Below, one piece after another: positions 26,181-40,776 of a stretch of 64,000 nt of DNA. Origin of the DNA: Octopus sinensis (Eukaryota). Numbering within the stretch: the first letter of the stretch is position 1; every line of letters starts with the position of its first letter. Location: positions 98,766,001-98,830,000 of the forward strand of contig NC_043003.1 of NCBI RefSeq assembly GCF_006345805.1, given 5' to 3'. The notes under the pieces are model-generated. The model did no database searches, was not told where the DNA came from, and saw nothing but the letters and a program-made list of their open reading frames with translations. The position numbers and the translations under genes are program-made.

Positions 26181-27524
26181 GTATATATACACACATATAC
26201 ATATATAGAGACACACACATAGAAACGTAGGCACACATATTAATGTATGTAAATATAAATATACCTCTCTCTCCCTCTCTACTTCTGTCTGTATGTGTGC
26301 GTATATATTATAAATATATATATATATATATATATATTAATATATATATATATATATAATATATATATATATATAATATAATATATATATATATTATATA
26401 GGGAAAGAGGCAGATAGGAAGACGCAGTAATTAAAGATTCCACCACACACACACACCACATATATATATATATATATAAACAAATATATACACATAACAC
26501 ACACACATATATATATATATGTGTGTGTGTGTGTACGTATATATGTTTGGGTTTGACTGTGTAGTGCGACAGAGAAAGAGACAAATAAGAACACATAGAC
26601 AAATATATATGCATTCATACCCTTTTATTCAAGCAAATCTACACTCAGCTCTGTCTTCGTACGTCACTTTCACCAAAATATGCTTGTCTTCGTAGATACA
26701 TTTATTAGGAAACTAAAATTACCCACCGTTCAATTCTTGTTTTTTCTGCCCGCATCTCTCTCTCCCTCTCTCTCTTTCTCTCTTTGTCTCTGTCTCTCTC
26801 TGTCTCTCTATCTGTCTGTCTCTCTGCATCGTTGCCCTTCTCTTTCTATATGTCTCTGTTTCTTTTCCTCCTTCACTATTCATATACTACGTACCTTTCT
26901 TTTTTTAACTTGAAATGCCTTTTTGTATATTGCCGTCCTTCCAAGCATAAATTTACGCTCTGTTGACAGTGTCGTTTTGCTGATAAGATATCTTTCCCAA
27001 ATGTCATTCCCTGTAGTAAGACTTGTCCCTTTTCAATAATATATTAACTTTAACTCAATACTTTTGGAGTTCGTATAGTGTATCCGCCAAGTCGACAAAT
27101 TGGTCGAGTGATTAGAGCGTTGGGTAGATTAACTAGCTATATTAGTTCCTGTGTTCAAATGTGGACTTTGCTTTTTATCATTTCGGGAATGCTAAAGTGC
27201 CACTCTTGACTTGGCTGTGATTCAATTTACTCACTTTCTTTCTCTTTTTTTTTTTGTTACCTCCTGAAAGAAATCGATTACGACCACACATAAAGAGCAA
27301 TAAGCTGAGCTAGTTTTAAAAACGCTGAAGACTCACTGTATGTCTCCATTGCGACAATCTCTAAGATTTCATCATTAGTTTAGTTTTTGTTCGTCTCTTC
27401 GATCTTTCATTATCTTAGTCTTCGATTTCATTGTTTACATCTGGCGTCTTGGATACGAAGCATCGTAACAAAATCAGTGCCAGCAATAATTTCTGTACAA
27501 AATTTGTAAAGATAATCTTAACAA

Positions 27525-27694
27525 GGCGCAGGAGTGGCTATGTGGTAAGTAGCTTGCTTACCAACCACATGGTTCCGGGTTCAGTCCCACTGCGTGGCAC
27601 CTTGGGCAAATGTCTCTACTATAGCCTCGGACCGACCAAAGCCTTGTGAGTGGATTTGGTAGACGGAAACTGAAAGAAGCCCGTCGTATATAAG

Positions 27695-27725
<31 letters not shown>

Positions 27726-27728
27726 ATA

Positions 27729-27764
<36 letters not shown>

Positions 27765-27976
27765 CGTGGTGGTTTGTGTGTCTGTGTTTGTCCCCCTAGC
27801 ATTGCTTGACAACCGATGCTGGTGTTTATTTCCCCGTCACTTAGCGGTTCGGCAAAAGAGACCGATAGAATAAGTACTAGGCTTACAAAGAATAAGTCCC
27901 GGGGTCGAGTTGCTCGATTAAAGGCGGTGCTCCAGCATGGCCGCAGTCAAATGAATGAAACAAGTAAAGAGTAAAG
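27525..27976 (+). mobile_element. Full-length tRNA-derived CORE-like SINE with internal (TA)n
   Basis: A box TGGCTATGTGG, B-box-like GGTTCAGTCCC, CORE-like CCTTGGGCAA, AGTAAAG repeats as tail. Confidence 0.92.
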
Positions 27977-28490
27977 TGATGTAAGAGCACTGCTAACACA
28001 GTAGAACACGGTATTGACTTAGGAAAATTTTTAGTATATTTTGTAATGTTTTATGGTTGCATAACGACATACCGTATCCTCACAAGTCATTAACATTAGT
28101 TGATAGCTCAAGATTCGGTTAGTGTGTATATTAGTGCTAACTTAAGACACATACTGGCGCGTATAGTTCGAATTTCTTGAATATCCCTTTAGTTTAATGA
28201 ATATCTACTCTTGTGTAACTTTTATTTGTAAAATGAAATGAGCAAAAGGAATGCTGGAGTAAACCTCATGGACCATGTTCCCAATGTGGAGCGCTTTTGG
28301 AAAATGCCTTTTGTTATATTCTCATTTGACTAACACCATATTTGTGCTATTTAGCGAACCGAAACTTTACAGTTAATGCACAAGGTACACACACACACGG
28401 GCGCGCGAGCGCACACTCACACACATGGGAGAGAAAACAGAAAATGTGATGCGTTTCGAACAACTTCGTTTAAAATAAACGATTTGTCGA

Positions 28491-28890
28491 ATGGTGGCTT
28501 CTGGCAGAATCGTTAGCACGCCGGGCGAAATGCTTTCCGGTATTTCCTCTGCCGCTACGTTCTGAGTTCAAATTCCACCGAGGTTGACTTTGCCTTTCAT
28601 CCTTTTGGGTTCGATTAAATAAGTACCAGTTACGCACTGGGTCGATGTAATCGACTTAATCCGTTTGTCTGTCCTTGTTTGTCCTCTCTGTGTTTAGCCC
28701 CTTGTGGGTAGTAAAGAAATAGGTATTTCGTCTGCCTTTACGTCCTGAGTTCGAATTCCACCGTGGCCAAATTTGCCTTTCATCCTTTCGAGATTGATAA
28801 AGTAAGTACCAGTTGCGTACTTGTGTCGATCTAATCCACTAGCACCCTCCATCAAAATTTCGGGCCTTGTGCCTAGTGTAGAAAAGAATA
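28491..28890 (+). mobile_element. Dimer of a Nin-domain-like tRNA SINE (28491-28722 and 28723-28890) with two different 3' tails
   Basis: GAGTTCRAATTCC B box and GCCTTTCATCCTTT..AAGTACCAGTT central domain each occur twice. Confidence 0.88.
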
Positions 28891-29311
28891 TTAGATTTGT
28901 CGTAAGATACAGATACTATTTTGTTATTTTTACTGTTAGATATGCGGCGAATCACTGACTAAATCTGTGGCAAAACTAACTATCTTTCACCAATTGCGAT
29001 GCAAATAAATAACATGGTTGAACAAGCTGTTAGATGAAACTTAAATCCACATCAAAAAGAATCTTACAATAAATTTGTCTATGTACTGAGCTTCCCCATC
29101 GGTAAAAAGCTCTGCTGTTATTCGTAAACTTGCTTTAAAATAATAATCTTAATTTAACAGTTAAATAAATAAGTAAATAAATAAATATAAGATGTTTATT
29201 TCTATACGCGTCAGTTAGTTCTAGTAGCTATCGAACGAAGCACCACAAACATACACCCCGCTGGGCGTTTTTCGACCTACTAGAAATAACTTCCAAATCA
29301 TTCTCAAAGAA

Positions 29312-29737
29312 GGCGCAGGATGGCTATGTGGTAAGTAGCTTGCCAACCAACCACATGGTTTAGGGTTCAGTCCCACTGCGTGACATCTTGGGCAAGTGTC
29401 TTCTGCTATAGTCTCAGGCCGACTAAAGCCTTGTTAGCGGATTTGGTAGACGGAAACTGAAAGAAGCTCGTCGTATATATATATGTATATATATATATGT
29501 ATGTGTGTGTATATGTTTGTGTGTCTGTGTTTGTCCCTCTAGCATTGCTTGACAACCGATGCTGGTGTGTTTACGTCCCCGTCACTTAGCGGTTCGGCAA
29601 AAGAGACCGATAGAATAAGTACTGGGCTTACAAAGAATAAGTCCCGGGGTCGATTTGCTCGACTGAAGGCGGTGTTCCAACATGGCCGCAGTCAAATGCC
29701 TGAAACAAGTAAAAGAGTAAAAGAGTAAAGAGAGTAA
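29312..29737 (+). mobile_element. Full-length tRNA-derived CORE-like SINE
   Basis: Same family as 27525. Confidence 0.92.
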
Positions 29738-30421
29738 GACACTCTACTATTTTTTTTAAAAGGGGACATATTTGAGAATGTATTCTTAGATGCGCAATAC
29801 CAGATACGGAGGGGATGGCTAATATACTTTTAATCATGCCTGGTAAGTTAGGGTGACCTGGGACTAAACAACTTGTTCTTATGATTATGTTGCATCTGCA
29901 GTAACCACAGAGACCGTTAATACCATATTAAGGGGTTTCAGTGGGGGAAATTATCAGCTCCACTTTCTTTCTGGGTAACTACAATATATTTCAACATTAT
30001 ATTGACTGTATCTACGGAAACGAACGCCATCTCTTCAAAAATGCATTTGTAATGAGGAGAAAATCCTCGATCACGTGAGAATGTCATCCGGTCAATGTGA
30101 AGTAGTATGTCTACAGCCAGCTGGAAAACGGCATGCTGAGGTCTTCATCCAAAATGGTTGAAAGAAGGGCGACATTCATACCCATATCTGATGTCCCTGA
30201 ATGTTTTATTACATATATCATTGATAACTATAAAACTGTTTCCTTATACGGTGTTGTTCCTTATGTTAATGGATACGAATCTTGTTTGAATTTAGTTGTT
30301 ATTTTAGACACGGGGAAATTCCCCAGGTTGCCATTTGCATAAATAACATAGTGATATCTGACATACTTCAAGGAGTAAATCAATAAATGTTATTAATTAG
30401 CGATAGAGAAGAAGAAGAAGG

Positions 30422-30739
30422 AGCACTCCGTCGGTTACGACGACGAGGGTCCCAGCTGATACGATCAACGGAACAGCTTGCTCGTGGAATTAACGTGCAA
30501 GTGACTGAGCAATCCACAGACACGAGTACCCTTAACGTAGTTCTCAGGGAGATTCAGCGTGACACAGAGTGTGACAAGGCCGGCCCTTTGAAATACAGGT
30601 ACAACTCATTTTTGCCAGCTGAGTGGACTGGAGCAACGTGAAATAAAGTGTCTTGCTCAAGGACACAACGCATCACCGGGAATCGAACTTACGACCTTAC
30701 AATCGTCAGCCGAATGCCCTAACCACTAAGCCATGCGCC
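30422..30739 (-). mobile_element. Full-length tRNA-derived SINE (head type B, tail type X)
   Basis: Minus head GGCGCATGGCTTAGTGGTTAGG..AGTTCGATTCCCGG; body TGTGTCCTTGAGCAAGACACTT; tail ..CGTAACCGACGGAGTGC. Confidence 0.9.
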
Positions 30740-32813
30740 ATTAATAAAGAAGTGGGGGAAAATTCACAAGGGTTATTGAAATCTTTTTCAAGAATAGGGG
30801 AGTTAACTCCGAAAATATCCTCTTAGTCAGGAGAGTCGTATGTCAAATGGTCTCCGTTCATACTAAAAATATGATTCACACCCCATTGCATGCCCAGGCT
30901 TGAAATTTTTTTTCCCGTTTTTGAAATTTCTTTCTTTATCCTTCCTATTCATTTGAATCTATCGAAACGTTTGAGTTGATGTTGCGCGTAGATATATCTT
31001 GTTATTTATGACCAGTCAGTTGCCAATACTCTGAACCCAGTTTCTACCTTAAGACTTTTCTACCTTGAAGAATACTAAAAATAAATTGATGAGTATTAAA
31101 AAGTTACGATATACAAATAGTAAGAACTTGATACACCAATACCGAATAACTCTACGTTCACATTAACTCGAGAAATTAGCACCAAAATAGCTTGATTCAT
31201 AAATAACGAATAGCGTGAAACATCCGGTATTATATTGACAAGTATCAAATGGCTTCAAACATGTCCTTTAATTCTCTTTCTTATTTAAGTCACAGGATTG
31301 CGACCATGTTAAACATCAAACCGAATTACGTGCAAGATTGAAAATCAACGGAATTGACCCAGTACGTACTTTAAGTCTCCTACATATTCTAGGAAACGTA
31401 AACACAAAAATGTCCGTTGTCAATTGACCAGGGACAAATATGACGATGTTCAAACATGACCTGACACATTAGTTGTATAAATAGCAATGGCTTAATACAT
31501 TGATTCGAAAAGACCTGATATATCGGTGGTTCGTAACATAGCGGTCAAAAACCATTGGAGGTACAGTGAACTTGTGATATTTCTTAGAGACAAAATATCA
31601 TTCAATGAAACGATCAAATGAAATAGATAATTAAAAGATATAAAGAGAGAGTGGGAGAGAGAGATGACGGTCTTCTGTTTCAATCAAGCAAGTTCATGCA
31701 CATGGCATTGGTCGGCTTAGAACAACAGAGAAAGACACTTGGCCACGGTATTGCACATGCGACTAAATCCAAAGGCATGTGCTTGCGAAGCACATGCCTT
31801 TATAAGCATAACCATGTAATCTTACCTGAACCTATATATGGCTTTCGCACATAAATACCATTTACTCACTCCGCATTACAATCTATATTTCATTGATTTT
31901 TCATTTATTGAAACTCATGCTAAAACCGAGAAATGGCAGAATTCTTGCGAAGTCGGAAAGAAATTACATTGCAGCATTTCTTCAGACTTTCTGAATTCTG
32001 AATTTAAATCAATTTTGCCATTCGTCAATATTGCCAACTCCTTGCCTTCATTCCTAACAGACCACAAGTGTCTGACCCGCGGCAGAACCGTCCGAGCACA
32101 CATCGGCCTGTGATGCCCTGGTCATCGTCGACAACGACGGACGAGCATTAATTAGTTATTGTTCATATATTTTGTTTTCTATTTCCCTTTAAAGAAATCC
32201 CTGGAACAAAATAGTTATCAGCCTGATAATGTTACATCTGACTTTGCTCTTAATTTTTCAGCACTTTTCTACCTTCTCCCGACACCACCACCTCAATTAT
32301 TCACTCCTTAGTTTCATATTTTATTGTCTTCGTTGTGTCTTCTCTCTTACTTTCACTGTCTTTCTCCTCCCACATTCCATATTTCTCATTTCACTTCGTT
32401 AGATTCTTTCGTAAGGAACGTACATGTTACACAAACATGAAACCAATTTGTTCTAAAAATACCGTAGATTCAAAATAAATTACGAAAATAAAAATAACAA
32501 GGATCCCCCACCCATGTCGCTCTGTCTCCCTACCTCTTTTGCCCGCTCACACTGTACAAATATATATATATTAGATTTGAGGATGTGCGCGCGCGAGTGT
32601 GTGCGTGCGTGCGCGCGTGCATTTGTATGTGCGCGCGCGTCTGTGTCTGTGTATACCTGTATTGCACATATAGATTTGAATACATGCAAACATACATACA
32701 TACACACACATATATATATACATGCCACCATTCATCACAACACACACACACCATATCTATATATATAAAATATAATATAGATATATAATATAATATAATA
32801 ATGTATATATATA

Positions 32814-32859
<46 letters not shown>

Positions 32860-33560
32860 TACATGTACATAAGTATATACATGTAAATATATATGCATCA
32901 ACATTCAACCAAACACACACGTCATATATATATGTCAATATATATATACAGAATATATACAGATATATACCTCTATATAATTGAATATCTATGTGTATAT
33001 ATATACATATATATATATATATGAATGTATATGCGTTTATGTGCATAGGTATATATGTAATATGTACGTTATAATATGTACAATATATATATATATAAAT
33101 ATATATATATATACATATATGTGTGTCTATGTGTGTGTGTGTTTGTATGTATGTATGTATGTATGTATGTATGTATGTATGTATATATACATATACATAT
33201 TCAATGCAACTGCAGAGACCCGTAGAACTACTGGTTCGAAAAGGCAAAAAAAAAAAAAATTGCAAATACGGGCTTGATTGATGCACTCACATATCAGACA
33301 AAATTGTGTTGCTTTCCTGCCAGTTAGCTGTCAGTTATATACTAATATGTGACTATGGTGAGAAATATGTTTGCCACAAGGGGGCATTCTTACACACATG
33401 GTTACTTTTATTTCTTTTAGCTTTATTTCGCGCTGCTCTGACAGAAAAAAGTTATTTTAAATTTTCTCTTATGAGAACATAGCATATTTTTCCATCTTAT
33501 ATTAGCAACATTGCTTCTTTGCTTCTTCACATGCCTAGAAATGCAATGTAAATGACTCAC

Positions 33561-33626
<66 letters not shown>

Positions 33627-34319
33627 ATATATATTATATATATATGTGTGTGTGCGTGGTGTGTGTATAAGAATATATATATATATATAGAGAGAGAGAG
33701 ATAAATAGATAGATATACATACATATATAAATATATAAATATACACATATACTTTTATATATATATATATATATATATATAAGTGTGTGTGTGTATTTAT
33801 GTATGTATGTATATCTATATGTGTGTGCATGTTTGGTGTGTGTGTGTAATATAAGCTTTATATTTCATGTATAATATATATTGAAATATATTCACTGATA
33901 TTCATAGAGAAGAAGCATTGGTGTAAACCTGATAGTTTTGATGATCTGATTAGCAAGCTTTCTCATCTGCATTGGTTTGTAAATATAGAACTGTATTGTA
34001 TAATCCCTAGCATATATGTTATCGAAGACATGTAAAATGATTTATTGCAGACTGAAATCACTATTGCGCGATGAAGGCTATGAAACAGCTGTAGTCCTAA
34101 TAATGACAAGAGTTTAAATATATTCATACCTCACACCTGCAGACGTTTTATCGTTTACATATTTCTTATAAAATAATTTCATTGATTAGATCTCTTGGAT
34201 TTCAGCCGCATAGGACTTTGCATTGAGTTTCTCCGCCCTAGATTACTATGCGGTCTGCCTACCGGGGCCGCCAGAGAAGCTATGAATCCAAATATTACAG
34301 TAAAAAATCACAGATATAG

Positions 34320-34353
<34 letters not shown>

Positions 34354-34789
34354 AAGTTAGAGGTGTTTAAAGCCTCTAAGGGATAGATATATCCAAAGGC
34401 ACTTCTGGTAATTACCTCAATGGATATATTCCTTGTTAAAAGGTATACGGCAGCAGGTAATTTAGCAGGTAACCGTAGTTTAATTTTTGTAGGCGAGAAG
34501 AAAATGAAGGACAAACAACAAACAGAAGTGTGTTTTTTGCGCTATAAGCCATTATTTAGTTATTAATAAAGGTGGAGTAGGGTAACGAAGAATATATATG
34601 CTAGGTATTTTGTGCATTTGTCTATAATGTAAGTCTGGGTTGGTGTAAGTGGTTATGGGGGGGGGGTAATTCGCTGGTGAGTAAATCTACTAGTAGGGGT
34701 GAGGCTAGGATAGTGATATGTACAGGATAGAGCGTGTTTAGCGAAATATAGAGAAGAAGAATTGGCCTATATACAGACAAAAAAAATTA

Positions 34790-35720
34790 TTTTCATGTTT
34801 TTTTAGTCAGTAGAGGCGGTTTAGCCATTAATATTTTCAGGCGCTCTGTTAAACAGAGATCGCACCGCGGTGGTTGCTAGGATGAGCTCTTTACTCTCTT
34901 TACTCTTTTACACGTTTCAGTCATTTGACTGCAACTCGACCCCGGGTCTTATTCTTTTTGTAAGCCCAGTACTTTTTCTATAAACACACCAGCATCGGTT
35001 GTCAAGCAATGCTAGGGGACAAACACAGACACACAAACACACACACGCATATATATATACATATATACGACGGGCTTCTTTCAGTTTCCGTCTACCAAAT
35101 CCACTCACAAGGCTTTGGTCGGCCTGAAGCTATAGTAGAAGAAACTTGCCCAAGGTGCCACGCAGTGGTAATGAACCCGGAACCATGTGGTTGGTAAACA
35201 AGCTACTTACCACACAGCCACTCCTTAAACTATAATTAATTTTTTAATCCTTTAATTCCTAGATGTAGCTACTGAGAACTGTAGAGTTTGCTTTACTTCT
35301 ACTTCTAATGCTAGATTGGTGTGAGTTTTATCTCAGTATTATTTTTTTTTGTGGCGCCTATATACGATTTCGTATGGTTATTTGTGAGAACGTTGCATTG
35401 GTATACTACATTTTGTCTTTTACACCTATTAGAGAATTGGCTCTTATTTCTGTCTCTAGCCACATAAAATATGCTGTCTATCTGTGCTAGTATTGTATTG
35501 AGGGGTGGGGGCTATTATTAGTTGGGTCGTTGTCCCTGTTACTTGAAGGCGCATCTTTAGGGTGGGATTTCTTCTATTCGGAGGTTGGCTGTTCTGTTTT
35601 ATGTTGCTGATTGTCCTGGTTTCATACGTGTCAAGTTTATTACTATTTATTGAGGCTATGATAGTAGCTAAGTTATTAGTCAGGCTTTGGCCTACTCTGA
35701 GTAGACTGTAGGCTATGGAT
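34790..35720 (-). pseudogene. Penelope-like element GIY-YIG endonuclease remnant, split by a SINE
   Basis: Manual minus-strand translation: CKRQNVVYQCNVLTNNHTKSYIGAT (~35350-35425), NSHQSSIR..STVLSSYI*ELKD, and beyond the SINE CDLCLTERLKILMAKP (~34820-34865). Confidence 0.82.
34888..35225 (-). mobile_element. CORE-like SINE with internal deletions
   Basis: Same family as 27525. Confidence 0.9.
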
Positions 35721-35757
35721 GATCGTGTGTGAATATAGATATGCGTATACATGCACG

Positions 35758-35820
<63 letters not shown>

Positions 35821-36129
35821 ATATGTATATGTATATGCATATGTATATATATATATATATTTATAACAGAAATATGTTAGAAAAAGAAATTAGATACTAC
35901 ACGTGGGAAAGTAAGAGAAAGGGGAAAGTATGAAAAATAAACGAAAATGTACATTGTAAATAAAAAAAGTAAAGGTTTTTTAATGAAAAGTAACGAAAGA
36001 TATATACAATTAGATGAACTGAGGTAAGAATAAAAGGAATAAAAGTCATTATTGAGAATTGTTAAAGAGATTCAAGCATACCGTTTCGTAAGTTGCTAAT
36101 CATTGCTTTGAATACAACTATTCATTGCT

Positions 36130-36174
<45 letters not shown>

Positions 36175-36505
36175 TATATTGTTGTGTTGTTGTGTGTGTA
36201 TAAAACTCCCTTGATATTAATAAAGTGATATTAAATAAAGCGTTAGCATTCTGAAACTTTTGAACATACTCCATGGATCCAGTCTAATTGAACAAAATTC
36301 GGGATTCGGAAAAGCGTCTTGAATGTTCTCTTCTAAACAAAACCCCCCAAAAACATGTTTTATGTAAATGAACAAGCTGTTTGTACGTTCACAAAATTTT
36401 ATTTAGCGAATTCGAGAAACGAACGAAAGCGTTAATAATAATGAAGAAATAAAAAGATATTTTTCCTAAATTCTGACGACCTATTGTTTTTTCAATATTC
36501 AATTT

Positions 36506-36691
36506 CTGTTATTTCGTCTGCCGTTACGTTCTGAGTTCAAATTCCGCGGCGGTCGACTTTGCTTTTCATCCCTTCGGGGTCGATTATATAAGTACCAGCT
36601 ATGCACTGGGATAGATGTAGTCAACTTAATCCCTTTGTCTGTCCTTGTTTGTCCCCTCTATGTTTAGCCCCCTATGGACAATAAAGAAATA
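36506..36691 (+). mobile_element. 5'-truncated Nin-like SINE with target-site duplication AATATTCAATTT
   Basis: Duplication at ~36494-36505 and ~36692-36703; central domain and tail match 28491. Confidence 0.88.
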
Positions 36692-37312
36692 AATATTCAA
36701 TTTGTGTACATCACACCTAATACTTTATTCATATATGTGTGTGTTTGTGTGTGTGTGCATGTGTGTGTTTACGTGTACACACACACACACACACCACACA
36801 CACACATGCATGCATGTGTGTAATAATGTATATATGGGTATGCTTCAACAGAAAGTCCCCGTCACCTCCTTTATATAACATATTTGGTTCCACCATCAGT
36901 AGCGAAACTTTTCAGCAGTAAATGTTTTCTTGTTATTTATCGCTTAACAACGCTAATATTTATATAAATAAAGAAGACAGATATAAAAGTAGGGAGTATC
37001 AGAGAAAGAAAGACAAGGGAGAGAGAGAGTGAGAAAACAAGAGAAGAATTACGTATTATTTCGTCTTTTGCTTTCACGTGATCTACCTTTCTCTTTGATT
37101 TACGTTTTAAAGAGTAACTCTGAAGTGTTCTGGACGGTTGCCATACGTTACGCCCGTTTGTTATATCGCATTTGCGAACAGTTTTTTTTTTCTTGTTTTC
37201 TAGTGTTTTCAGTTTAAGTCTTTATTAAACGATGTTTTCATACACACATGTTTTATACATATATACATACGTGCATACATTCAAATATACACACATATAC
37301 ACACACATACAC

Positions 37313-37713
37313 GCACAGGAGTGGCTGTGTGGTAAGTAGCTTGCTAACCAACCACATGGTTCCGGGTTCAGTTCCACTGCGTGGCATCTTGGGCAAGTGT
37401 CTTCTGCTATGGCCCCGGGCTGACCAATGCCTTGTGAGTGGATTTGGTAGACGGAAACTGAAAGAAGCCTGTCGTATATATGTATATATATATATATGTG
37501 TGTGTGTGTTTGTGTCTGTGTTTGTCCCCCTAGCATTGCTTGACAAACGCCGATGCTGGTATGTTTACATCCCCGTCACTTAGCGGTTCGGCAAAGAGAT
37601 CGATAGAATAAGTACTGGGCTTACAAAGAATAAGTCCCGGGGTCGATTTGCTCGACTAAAGGCGGTGCTCCAGCATGGCCGCAGTCAAATGACTGAAACA
37701 AGTAAAAAGAGTA
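37313..37713 (+). mobile_element. Full-length CORE-like SINE
   Basis: Same family as 27525. Confidence 0.92.
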
Positions 37714-37793
37714 ATATATATATATATATATATATATTATATTATATATATATCTGTGTGTGTTCATATGTATATATGTGTTTACATATATGG

Positions 37794-37827
<34 letters not shown>

Positions 37828-38300
37828 ATGTATGTATGTGTGTGTGTGTGCAAATGTTGAGCGATGAAAATGAGTGCTCAACATTGGTGGATAGAATTTC
37901 TTTAGTTGTGTATTAAGGCTACCATTGGTCTCATGTTAAGAAAGATATCTTAATATCCTAACAATTGTTCCAACCGATTACATGGATATATGGTGTTTGT
38001 CTCCATTTTTTTTTGTTTTTGTTTTTTATCCACAATGGAGACTATCAACATTTCTACATGTGATCGGCTTGAAAAATTGTTAGGATAATAAGATATTTTC
38101 TCATCATTAAACCAATGGTAGCCTTTAAACATGAATATATATATATATAAATCCTTTAAAATATTTTAGCCCGAAGGCCGCGGCCATGCTGGGGCACCAT
38201 ATATACATATATATATATATATATACAAATACATACAAAGAGAGAGACAGACAAACAGATAATTAGATATATAAATATATATGTGCATATGTATATATGA

Positions 38301-38334
<34 letters not shown>

Positions 38335-38437
38335 GGATATATATATGGATATATATATATATAGACGCATACATATACATATATATATACATGTGTGTAT
38401 GTAGTCGTTGTAGTAGTAGTAGTAGTAGTGTAGTAGT

Positions 38438-38470
<33 letters not shown>

Positions 38471-38634
38471 AAATGAATGTTACAGGATCAATAAATGATC
38501 GGTTAAACTTGTGATATACGCTGGTATTCTGCCGGGACAGTGATAAGTCAGGTCCGTATGGTTGACATTAGATAGTAGGTTAAGGCATTTCATCATAGGT
38601 ACAGTCCAATGCTAGATGAGAATGAAGAAGGCAC

Positions 38635-38735
38635 GTCCTTACAGCTGTTTCGAGAACAGATGTGCAGCTTGTATAATTCCCTGCAAGCAGTCCGCAGCCA
38701 GCATTTTAGTTGCAGTCTATTTCATCTTCGGTGGG
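38635..38735 (-). ncRNA. Degenerate hammerhead-like fold with long stem II
   Basis: Minus strand: CCGAAGA-TGAAATAGACTGCAACT...AGCTGCACATCTGTTCTC-GAAA-CAGCTG-TA. U4 is changed to C and stem I is poor. Confidence 0.4.
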
Positions 38736-39035
38736 AAAGACAATTTTAAAAAAGTTTTTCTTTTCATTCCTTTGGTTTTCATTTAACATTCATTTCTACT
38801 TTCGTGTTCTAAGAATGTATAAATATAAAAATGCCATAATCTAACCTGATAGCTCCTGTTTACTTGTTTGTACCTTTATTCTATTGTACAACTACGAACT
38901 CGAGTGAAACATTGCCTAGAGCCTGTCTTCATTAGGTACATATATCATCTCTGCATTTTTAGTTGCAGTTCAACTTGAAGTTTATGTAGGAAATCAACTA
39001 GTTTATTAATTCTATGTACCTCTTATCAGACGTTA

Positions 39036-39108
<73 letters not shown>

Positions 39109-39342
39109 GTTTTGCAGTGAAAATTTTCACAGTAACTTTGAAGATTTGGCTCAGTTGTCTTCACAGTTTTTTTTCTGTTTTTGGTTTTGGTTTTTTTCTT
39201 TGTATTTCAAAATGTTTCATATAGTTTTGTTTCATCTCTTAAGAAGAGTTTCATCAGAAAGACAAGTTCAATTATGTGAGCAGAAATAAGGAGATGAGGG
39301 AAGAAGGAAGAGCTAATAGAATAAGGAGTGGGACATAAAGGG

Positions 39343-39510
39343 AAGAAGAAGAAGAAGAAGAAGAAGAAGAAAGAGAAGAAGAAGAAGAAGAAGAAGAAGA
39401 AGAAAAAGAAAAAGAAGAAGAAGAAGAAGAAAAAAGAAGAAGAAGAAGAAGAAGAAGAAGAAGAAGAAGAAGAAGAAGAAAAGAAGAAGAAGAAGAAGAA
39501 GAAGAAGAAA
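39343..39510 (+). repeat. (GAA)n microsatellite, about 165 bp of pure purine
   Basis: Seen directly. Confidence 0.95.
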
Positions 39511-40461
39511 AGGCGTTATAGTGGAGAAGTAGGGAAGTAGGGGAGGCTTTGATGTCCTTACTTTCATTAAAATTAGGTATATGAACCGCAGGAAATTAAA
39601 GATTGGCTTCATAGGCTTGTATTGGTCCACTGAAGTGCCGAGGAGATGAGACTTGTATAGGACTACGGGTAAAAATTAGGTCAACATCTGTGGTTTGTGT
39701 TGAAATGCCGCGTCCAAGCTATTTTCAATGGTTTACCCAGTCACTTCAAATCTAACCGTAAGTATCACAAGATGATAAACAAGCACAGTTTTAAAACATA
39801 TTCCACAACAAGCAACTTCGAAAAGTCAATAGATAATGACTATCATTTAACATATATGAAATATGAACGCCACAACAATACATCTAGCCCCCAAAACTGC
39901 AAGTGTAACTCCTATTCGCTGGCTCTCCAAATACAAACTGCTTCACAAGTAACATTAGTAGCATTCTCTATAATGCAATGGTAAGCATCGATATTACAAT
40001 CCTTCTTTTTCATATATAACTATAGTTACCAACTAATTCATAATAGGATATTATAAACATGTGTATATATTCTGTAACTCTGCATTGCCGTACACAGCCA
40101 AAAATATGTACTGCCAGTATTGTACCATTGAAGCATTTCAAATTCTCATCTCAAAAACAAAACGCATGAACCGAAGCACGGCATAAGAATTGTCCATTTA
40201 GATATGCGTGTATAGATAAAAATATAGGAGTACATCGGTTCAAGCGTTACGTCCATATTTTTTTCTTCAAACAGCCGCAACTGTGATGATAGTGTCAATG
40301 TTACACTAGGAATCTGTCACCTATTAGCTTTGTTAGCTCCTCAGTTTCATGGTACGTTTCTCTGCCAACGATACTATCCATGTGGTTGACTGAGAATCGT
40401 CTTCAATTAACATGGGGAAGTCTACAAAATACAATATAACACATGTAACGTACATATATAC

Positions 40462-40512
<51 letters not shown>

Positions 40513-40776
40513 TAATATATCAATGAAAAAATATAGCAATACAAAGTATTACTTTTCAGTAAAATAAAGCTTCGTAAGAGTAGAAGTATAAATATAAATA
40601 CAGATGAGTAGTACAAGACACGAATATTTACTGGAAATAGTAGTCGATACAAATACGACGCTATTGTAAAGTTTTACTGCGTATACACTGACAAAGACGT
40701 GTGAGTGCTACAAACATGACAAATTTGTCTTACCTCTAGGAAGAACATTCGATAAATGGACGACCCAGAATCGGAT

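Noticed and set aside
30660-30739. tRNA-like sequences here and at ~55345-55418 and ~62330-62404
   Set aside because: They are SINE heads fused to bodies and tails, some with target-site duplications, not standalone tRNA genes.
34040-34100. GATGAAGGCTATGAAACAGCTGTA, a hammerhead-like remnant
   Set aside because: CUG and stem II are missing; too decayed to call.
39540-40420. Non-repetitive stretch considered as a host exon (also 11000-11600, 29880-30400, 53000-53300)
   Set aside because: No recognisable domain, long ORF or convincing splice-bounded frame. Small exons cannot be excluded without RNA-seq.
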